Below are positions 57,371-64,000 of a stretch of DNA of 64,000 nucleotides, one piece after another. The first letter of the stretch is position 1. Each line of letters begins with the position of its first letter. Position numbers and translations under genes: made by a program. The notes under the pieces are model-generated. The model was not told where the DNA came from, ran no database searches, and saw only the letters and a program-made list of their open reading frames with translations. Source of the stretch: Geopsychrobacteraceae bacterium (GTDB taxonomy: Bacteria; Desulfobacterota; Desulfuromonadia; Desulfuromonadales; Geopsychrobacteraceae); NCBI GenBank assembly GCA_963676795.2, contig CAXXTB010000002.1, positions 384,001 to 448,000 on the forward strand, written 5' to 3'.

Positions 57371-58987
57371 ATGTATCAGCACTATTTTGGATTCAAAGAA
57401 AGTCCGTTTTCCATTGCGCCGGATCCCTCCTTTATCTATCTGAGTGTCGAGCACGAGAACGCTCTACTCTTTCTGATGGCGGCGCTGAAACGAGAGACGG
57501 GCGGGCTCTTTCTGTTTACCGGAGAGGTCGGAGCTGGGAAAACGACGCTCTGTCGTCAGCTATTGAGGCAGCTGCCGGAGGGAACGGAAACGGCGATGAT
57601 CCTCAATCCGCGTGTCAGTGCTGATGAGCTGCTGGAGACGATCTGTGATGAACTGAGGCTGACTGTCGGGTCCGGGGACTCTGCTGCGCGGCGCTTCAGC
57701 CTGATCAAGGAGTACCTGTTTGAGTTGTCCCGACAGGGCCGGCAGCTGCTGTTGCTGATCGATGAAGCGCAGGGGCTTGCTGATGAAGTTTTCGAGCAGT
57801 TGCGTTTGCTGGCGACTCTGTCTGACAGGCTGCAGCTTCGGCTGGTTATCATTCTGCTCGGACAGCCCGAGCTTGCAGGTCGCTGTCGGCTGCTCCCTGC
57901 CTTCGATCAGCGGATTGCCGGCCGCTTTCATCTGCCGCCCCTCAAGCCGGAAGATATCTCCGTCTATGTCGCGCACCGGTTGCGGGTTGCCGGTTGTGAC
58001 CGCCTGATATTTACCCCCTGGGCACTTGAGCAGGTTTGCTCCCGATCCGGCGGTATCCCCAGGCTGGTCAATCTGATCTGCGATCGGGCCCTGTTGGCGG
58101 CATCGGCGCTTGACAGGAGGCAGGTCGATGCCGGGCTTGTCCGTCAGGCCGCAGATGAAGTTTTTGGTGGTGTCAGCTTGAGCGCGGGGAAGAGACGGTC
58201 TTTCAAACCGGCCTGGGTCGTACTTCCTGTTTTGCTGCTGCTTCTGGTGTGGGCGGGCTTTTCATTTCGTCTGGAGACGAATCGGTCTCTGGCTACGGAA
58301 AGTGCCGTCCCCCTGCCGCTTTTGGCCCCGCCCGCTCAGACTGATGAGGTGGTTGCGGAACCTGAGTGGCCACAAAGCTGGCCGGAGGGGTTTGCTTTCG
58401 CCACCACGGAAACCAAGGCTTATGCCGCTCTCTTCGCTCTGTGGGGGCAGGTCTATGATCCCCGAGCGCCAGACCCCTGCCGTTTTGCAAGGCAAAATCA
58501 TTTGGAATGTTATGCCAAAAAGGCTACTCTGTCAGGGTTGAGAAAACTCGACCGGCCGGCGATTCTGATCATGTACCGGGACAACGGTGAGCCTTTTTAC
58601 GTTGTGTTGGCAGGGCTTGATGAACGTCGGGCCAGACTGCTGTCGGGCGATGGTGAGCTGACGGTCGATGTCCGGGCTCTGGAGCCTCGCTGGTTTGGTG
58701 AGAGCCTTCTGGTCTGGAGCTCTCCACTGGTTTCCCGGGAGCTGCTTGTACCCGGTGGCTCCAATGTCAATATTATCTGGCTGGAAGACGCCATGATGCG
58801 ACTGGGCCTGTATGCCGGTACAGCCGATGTCGTGAGCCTTGACGGCCTGCTGCTGAGTGCTCTGAAACGTTTTCAGGTGGCCGCAGGGCTGGTGCCGGAC
58901 GGGATCCTGGGGCCGGAGACAATGATTCACCTCAATACGGCCGGGCAGGTTCCCGGTCCACGTTTGAGTTTTCTTGTGGGGGAATGA
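57371..58987 (+). CDS. exeA: ExeA/GspA family ATPase with peptidoglycan-binding domain
   Basis: PFSIAPDP, GEVGAGKTT, IDEAQ, GIPRLVNLICDRAL, TM, FQ...GLVPDGILGPET. Confidence 0.9.
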   Translation: MYQHYFGFKESPFSIAPDPSFIYLSVEHENALLFLMAALKRETGGLFLFTGEVGAGKTTLCRQLLRQLPEGTETAMILNPRVSADELLETICDELRLTVGSGDSAARRFSLIKEYLFELSRQGRQLLLLIDEAQGLADEVFEQLRLLATLSDRLQLRLVIILLGQPELAGRCRLLPAFDQRIAGRFHLPPLKPEDISVYVAHRLRVAGCDRLIFTPWALEQVCSRSGGIPRLVNLICDRALLAASALDRRQVDAGLVRQAADEVFGGVSLSAGKRRSFKPAWVVLPVLLLLLVWAGFSFRLETNRSLATESAVPLPLLAPPAQTDEVVAEPEWPQSWPEGFAFATTETKAYAALFALWGQVYDPRAPDPCRFARQNHLECYAKKATLSGLRKLDRPAILIMYRDNGEPFYVVLAGLDERRARLLSGDGELTVDVRALEPRWFGESLLVWSSPLVSRELLVPGGSNVNIIWLEDAMMRLGLYAGTADVVSLDGLLLSALKRFQVAAGLVPDGILGPETMIHLNTAGQVPGPRLSFLVGE

Positions 58988-59664
58988 TGTCGTTTATTCT
59001 CGATGCTTTGAAAAAGTCTGAACAGGGTCGTCGTCTGCAGCAGAAAGAGGCGAGGAAGAGAAAGGTTTTTAACTTTTCCGCCAAGCGCAGTTCCAGGCAC
59101 AGGGGCAGTTCATGGGCCTGGATTGCGTTGCTGGTTATCGTTCTCTGTGTCCTGGCTGGACTCGGAATCGTCTTTTGGGGCGGTGAACCGCAGGCAGGGA
59201 GTGTTGACAGCCGGTCCGTCGAGGTCAGGAGCCGAATCGTCAAGGCGAGTCCCCCCGCTGTGGTCAATGAAGAGCAGACGCCTGCCTTCCCGGCTACAGC
59301 TGTTGCCCCAGCGGTTACCCTCCCCGGCGAGGTCGCGCCGGTCCCCCGGCCTGTCAGCCGTCAGCTTGCGGTTGAGAGCGAAACAAAAAAAACGGACTCC
59401 CTGCCCAGAGCCGATTCCGAACCTCTTCCTGTAGCGCCTAAAATCCATTCCTATACCGAACTGCTGAGGCTGCACCCCGGCCTTCAGGTTTCGATGCACT
59501 ATTACAGCAACGACGCGCAAAAGAGCATTCTGCGCCTCAATGGGGTCCTGCTGCATGAGCAGGAAAGTTCCGCCGATGGCCTGTTGATCAGCGAGATAAC
59601 CGCGGATGGCGCTCTGGTTCAATATGGTGGGCTGCTTTACGAATTGCGCCGTCCGGGAGGTTGA
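58984..59664 (+). CDS. gspB: GspB/ExeB family protein
   Basis: MSFILDALKKSE start, TM, Pro-rich linker, C-terminal HYYS...LNG domain. Confidence 0.85.
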   Translation: MMSFILDALKKSEQGRRLQQKEARKRKVFNFSAKRSSRHRGSSWAWIALLVIVLCVLAGLGIVFWGGEPQAGSVDSRSVEVRSRIVKASPPAVVNEEQTPAFPATAVAPAVTLPGEVAPVPRPVSRQLAVESETKKTDSLPRADSEPLPVAPKIHSYTELLRLHPGLQVSMHYYSNDAQKSILRLNGVLLHEQESSADGLLISEITADGALVQYGGLLYELRRPGG

Positions 59665-59832
59665 GAAGCGGGGGAGGACAGGTCAGCCTGTTGAGCTGTT
59701 TTTCAGGTGTAAATGCAAGAAATTGCTTGTTTTGTTACAAGACTTTGCTTGATCTGTTAATGTTTAGTAACTATCATGAGGCTTTGCAGTGATATTTAAT
59801 GAATTTTGCCGAAAAGAGCAGTGTGGGCTTAA

Positions 59833-60732
59833 ATGTTAATTTACTACCAGAAATATTATAAGGGGCTGAATCTGTTGCTGGTGACCCTGGTCGGTCTGTG
59901 CTGCGGGATGTTTGCCGGTGCCCTGATCGAGGCCGGTGTGACCCCGACCACCCCTGCCCATCATACGGCGCCGAAGGTTGCTCCGGCGTCTCAGAGTCTT
60001 TCCAGTGTTGAGGATCTGAACCTGATCCTGCAGCGCAATATCTTCGATCCGGCCGGACAGACCGATCTGACCTATAATCCGGAGATGCTGCCGAGTACCG
60101 TAAGCGCCGGCGAACCTGTTGCTATCAAACCTTCTAATATCGTTCTGCTTGGAACCGTCGTGGCCGATGCAGAAAATTCTCTCGCGCTGCTTCAGGTCAA
60201 TGGCGAACTTGATACCTATCGTATCGGTGATTCCCTTGACGATGGCAGCGTGCTGGAAACAGTCGCGCGCAATCAGGTGCAGATTCGCCTGCGTGACAAG
60301 CGCCTGATCACCCTGACTGTTGAAGAAGACGCTATGACGAAGGCGACAGCGAAGCCCGGTGCTGCTGCCCAGGGTTCCGACGAGGCCGATAGCGGTATCC
60401 GCCAGGTGGATGATACCCGTTGGCTGGTGTCCCGGGATGAGGTTGAAAAGACCCGGGCCAACTTCAGCCAGGAACTGCGTCTGGCCCAGATGCAGCCGCG
60501 TGTCGTGGACGGCAAGACCGATGGCTTCCTGATCCGTTCGCTGCGGCGGAATTCCATTCTCAACAAGCTTGGCTTACGACGCGGTGATGTTGTCATGAGC
60601 GTCAACGGGATCTCTCTGGATAGTCCGGAAAAGGCCCTGCAGATTTTTCAGCAGCTGCGTGAAGCGCGGCAGATCGACCTGGCTGTTGAAAGACGGGGGC
60701 AGGCTATGAGCTTTGCCTATGAACTTGATTAG
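59833..60732 (+). CDS. gspC: Type II secretion protein C with PDZ domain
   Basis: TM, RNIF, LLGTV, GLRRGDVVMSVNG. Confidence 0.9.
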   Translation: MLIYYQKYYKGLNLLLVTLVGLCCGMFAGALIEAGVTPTTPAHHTAPKVAPASQSLSSVEDLNLILQRNIFDPAGQTDLTYNPEMLPSTVSAGEPVAIKPSNIVLLGTVVADAENSLALLQVNGELDTYRIGDSLDDGSVLETVARNQVQIRLRDKRLITLTVEEDAMTKATAKPGAAAQGSDEADSGIRQVDDTRWLVSRDEVEKTRANFSQELRLAQMQPRVVDGKTDGFLIRSLRRNSILNKLGLRRGDVVMSVNGISLDSPEKALQIFQQLREARQIDLAVERRGQAMSFAYELD

Positions 60733-60744
60733 GAGGCTTTTCAA

Positions 60745-62787
60745 GTGATTCGAATAAAGAAAATCAGTGCGGTCCTGTGCCTGCTTGGCCTTCTCGGTTG
60801 CGGCCTTTTTGCCCCTGCGTATCTCAGTGCTGCGGAGCAGGAGGCTTCCGCTGGCCTGATCTCTCTTGATTTCCGGGATGTCGAACTGACGGAACTGATC
60901 AAGACGATCAGCGAGTTGACCGGGAAAAACTTCCTCTATGATGATACGGTCAAGGGCAAGGTGACGATCATTTCACCTGAGACTATGACCATGGAGGAGA
61001 CCTACAAGCTGTTTCTGACTGTGCTCAACGTCAAAGGCTATACGGTGGTTCCGTCCGGCCGGGTCAACAAGATCGTTCAAACCAAGAATGCCAAACAGGA
61101 GAACCTGCCTGTCTATCACAGCGGGCGTGGTGATTCGGAGCAGTTTATCACCCGCCTGGTCCGCCTCGATTATCTCGATGCGGACACCATTGCCACCTCC
61201 GTGCTGGCACCTCTGATGCCGCCGACCGGAAATATCATCGCCTATCCGCCGACCAATACCCTGATCCTTACAGAAACCGCTGCGACCATTGAACGCATGC
61301 TCAAAATCGTTCAGCAGCTAGATCAGCCTGATTCCTCCGGGGATCTGACGGTTCTGCCTCTGCAGCATGGCGATGCGGAAGAAATTGCCAAGATCTGCCT
61401 CGAGGTGCTTCAGGATCAGGCGGCCAGCAAGGCCAGACAGACCAAGGTGGTGACAACTTCTCAGGACAGCGGCAGCAAGATTATCGCTTATACCCGAACC
61501 AACTCGCTGATTATCCGCGCCGGTAAGGAAGAACTGGAGCAGATCAAGTCGTTACTCGCGGTGCTCGATCAGGAGGCCGGAGGGGAACAGGCCGGTATTC
61601 ATGTCTATTCGCTGGAAAACGCCGATGCCGAAACCCTGGCAGCAACCCTGAATGAGATTGTCACCGGGATCAAGGCCCAGGCCAAGGCTGCCAGTGCGGC
61701 AAAAGACGCAGCTCCTCAGGCGATTTCGAGCGCCTCGGTCGCCATTACCGCTGATAAACCGACCAACGCGCTGATCATCAACGCCCCGCCGAAAGATTAC
61801 ATCGTCCTGCAGGATATCATCCGTAAGCTCGACATCAAGCGCAAGCAGGTCTATGTCGAGGCGCTGATTCTTGAGCTGTCGATGGAGGCCAGCAAAGAGC
61901 TGGGCGCATCGCTGCAAGGGGCGATTGATACCGGTGATGGTTACGCCTATCTGAGCAGCAATCAGAATGCCGGAACCAATATCAGCTCTTTTGCCACGAC
62001 GGACAGCTCCGGTAATCTTAGTGTGCTGTCCCAGGCTATTAGCGGCATTTTGGCTGGCGGGATTTTCAACACCATTTCTACGACGATTAACGGGGAATCG
62101 GTGACGATCCCGGCCCTGTCAGCGATCATTAACCTGTCGAAGACCGATGATAACGTCAATGTTCTCTCCGCCCCGCGCCTGTTGACCTCCGATAACGAAG
62201 AGGCCGAGATCATTGTCGGTGAAAATATTCCTGTTGTCACCCAGACCGTAACCAATACCGATTCGGAAAACGTCACCACCTCGGTTGAACGCCAGGATGC
62301 GGCTCTGACCCTGCGCTTTACTCCCCAGGTTATCGAAAACAATCTGGTCCGTCTGAATATCTATCAGGAGGTCACCGGAGTTGTCGGTACGACCAGTTCA
62401 AACGAATATGGCCCAGACCTGACCAAACGCCTGATCCGTAATACCGTTCTGGCCGAAAGCCGCAAGACCATCGTGCTGGGTGGTTTGATCAGCAACACCA
62501 TTACCAACAACGAGACGAAGGTCCCCCTGCTCGGTGATATCCCGGTGCTGGGCTGGCTGTTCAAAACCAAGTCAACGGGGGCTGACAAGAAAAACCTGCT
62601 GGTCTTCATCACCCCGACCATTATCAACAGTCCTGAAGATCTGGCGCTGGTCACCGATCGCAACAAACGTAAAGCCAACGAGTTTCTGAGTGATGATCAA
62701 AAAGCGCTGCTGCCCCCTGAGTTCAAGTTTGAAGACGGGCAGGTTGACAGTTCGGTCTTTCAGGTTGATTCCCAGGCTGGTGAATGA
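60745..62787 (+). CDS. gspD: Type II secretion secretin
   Basis: N0 LDFRDVEL, N-domain repeats, QVYVEALI, KVPLLGDIPVLGWLF, LLVFITP. Confidence 0.95.
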   Translation: MIRIKKISAVLCLLGLLGCGLFAPAYLSAAEQEASAGLISLDFRDVELTELIKTISELTGKNFLYDDTVKGKVTIISPETMTMEETYKLFLTVLNVKGYTVVPSGRVNKIVQTKNAKQENLPVYHSGRGDSEQFITRLVRLDYLDADTIATSVLAPLMPPTGNIIAYPPTNTLILTETAATIERMLKIVQQLDQPDSSGDLTVLPLQHGDAEEIAKICLEVLQDQAASKARQTKVVTTSQDSGSKIIAYTRTNSLIIRAGKEELEQIKSLLAVLDQEAGGEQAGIHVYSLENADAETLAATLNEIVTGIKAQAKAASAAKDAAPQAISSASVAITADKPTNALIINAPPKDYIVLQDIIRKLDIKRKQVYVEALILELSMEASKELGASLQGAIDTGDGYAYLSSNQNAGTNISSFATTDSSGNLSVLSQAISGILAGGIFNTISTTINGESVTIPALSAIINLSKTDDNVNVLSAPRLLTSDNEEAEIIVGENIPVVTQTVTNTDSENVTTSVERQDAALTLRFTPQVIENNLVRLNIYQEVTGVVGTTSSNEYGPDLTKRLIRNTVLAESRKTIVLGGLISNTITNNETKVPLLGDIPVLGWLFKTKSTGADKKNLLVFITPTIINSPEDLALVTDRNKRKANEFLSDDQKALLPPEFKFEDGQVDSSVFQVDSQAGE

Positions 62788-62836
62788 TGCTGGACGGCAG
62801 GCAGAAAGATAACTCTGGCGCGGTAGCGGAGTCGGC

Positions 62837-64000
62837 ATGAAAAAGTGGCGCTTACTGGGCGAGCTGTTACGCGACGATTTCAAGGTTCCCGAGGAGCAGA
62901 TTGTTGCGGCTCTGGCTGAGCAGCAGGAATCTGGTCTGAACCTGGGCAATATCCTGCTCAAAAAGCAGGTCGTCGAAGAAGAAACGCTGCGTATGGCGCT
63001 GTCGATCCAGCAGGGGATCAGCTATCTCCAGGTGCTGCAAGATCAGGAGGGGATCGACGATCTCCTCCGCCTGGTTCCCATCGGCTTTGCCAAGGAAAAC
63101 AATTTTTATCCGATCAAGCGTCACGAAGGTCGACTGCTGGTCGCGATGACCGACCCGCTCAATTCCAACCTGATCAATGATCTCGGCGCTTTGACCGGAG
63201 AGATCATCGAGCCCTGCCTGGCGACCGCCAGCGAGATTCTCAAGGCAACCAACCGCAGCTACGAAAAGCGCGCCGGTGAAACGCGCGAGGTGATCGGCGA
63301 GATTGAAGGGCAGGGAGGCTCCGGACTGGCTCAGAACCTTGAGCCGGAAGACCTGCTCGATACATCGGACGAAGCTCCGATTATCCGCTTTGTCAACAGC
63401 CTGATCACGCAAGGCTATAAAGAGCGGGCCAGCGATATCCATATCGAACCCTTTGAGACGGTGCTGCAGATCCGTTACCGGATCGACGGCATTCTTTACG
63501 ATGTCCTGCAGCCGCCGGTCAAGGCGCATGCCGGGATCGTTTCGCGGATCAAGATCATGTCGCAGCTGAATATCGCCGAGAAACGCCTGCCCCAGGACGG
63601 CCGTTTCCGGGTCCGGGTTGCGGGGAGCGATCTCGATATCCGGGTGTCGACACTGCCGACCGCTTTTGGCGAGCGGGTGGTCCTGCGTCTGCTCGGCAAG
63701 TCCTCCAATGTTTTGACCCTGGAGGATATCGGCATGGAAAAGTCCATGCTTAAGCAGGTCGAGGGGATGATCAACAAGGCGCACGGTGTTTTCCTGGTCA
63801 CCGGCCCGACCGGCTCAGGCAAGACGACGACCCTCTACTCTTCGCTGACGCGCCTCAACCAGCATGAAAAAAACCTGATCACCATCGAGGACCCGATTGA
63901 ATATCAGCTTCCCGGGGTCGGCCAGATGCAGGTCAATTCAAGAATCAACCTGACCTTCGCCAGTGGCCTGCGCTCGATTCTGCGCCAGGACCCGGATGTC
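62837..64000 (+). CDS. gspE: Type II secretion ATPase (3' truncated by window edge; absent from the ORF track)
   Basis: Manual translation MKKWRLLGELL...APIIRFVN...ASDIHIEP...RLPQDG...GPTGSGKTTT...EDPIEY...LRQDPD. Confidence 0.93.
   Translation, partial: MKKWRLLGELLRDDFKVPEEQIVAALAEQQESGLNLGNILLKKQVVEEETLRMALSIQQGISYLQVLQDQEGIDDLLRLVPIGFAKENNFYPIKRHEGRLLVAMTDPLNSNLINDLGALTGEIIEPCLATASEILKATNRSYEKRAGETREVIGEIEGQGGSGLAQNLEPEDLLDTSDEAPIIRFVNSLITQGYKERASDIHIEPFETVLQIRYRIDGILYDVLQPPVKAHAGIVSRIKIMSQLNIAEKRLPQDGRFRVRVAGSDLDIRVSTLPTAFGERVVLRLLGKSSNVLTLEDIGMEKSMLKQVEGMINKAHGVFLVTGPTGSGKTTTLYSSLTRLNQHEKNLITIEDPIEYQLPGVGQMQVNSRINLTFASGLRSILRQDPDV

Overview
A 64-kb chromosomal segment of a GC-moderate anaerobe, probably Desulfuromonadales (Pelobacter/Desulfuromonas-like); this placement is inferred from gene content only. 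Housekeeping genes include ssb (partial), glpD/glpK, coaE, truD, trmB, aroF, priA, mltA, aceE-aceF-lpdA, pilT, aroK and a type II secretion cluster (ExeA, GspB, C, D, E partial). The main accessory locus is 1.4-11.2 kb: an aromatic-acid MFS transporter followed by a tandem duplication of [membrane-anchored winged-helix-like/TolB-like/TPR protein + exported subtype-B tannase-like esterase], with the same 22-bp palindrome upstream of both esterases. At 42.9-49.1 kb a sigma54-activated operon (BKACE/DUF849, 3-hydroxyacyl dehydrogenase, thiolase, CoA-transferase A/B) matches the enzyme set of the lower anaerobic phloroglucinol pathway, so the two loci may be the entry and exit of anaerobic tannin/gallate degradation (inference). 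Mobile and non-coding elements include an intact IS1595-family IS, a 152-bp MITE with matching ends, a group II intron with a non-canonical 5' end inserted into one of two inverted structured repeats, other MITE/REP-like repeats, and two promoter-plus-terminator small-RNA candidates. No rRNA, tRNA or CRISPR array was found.
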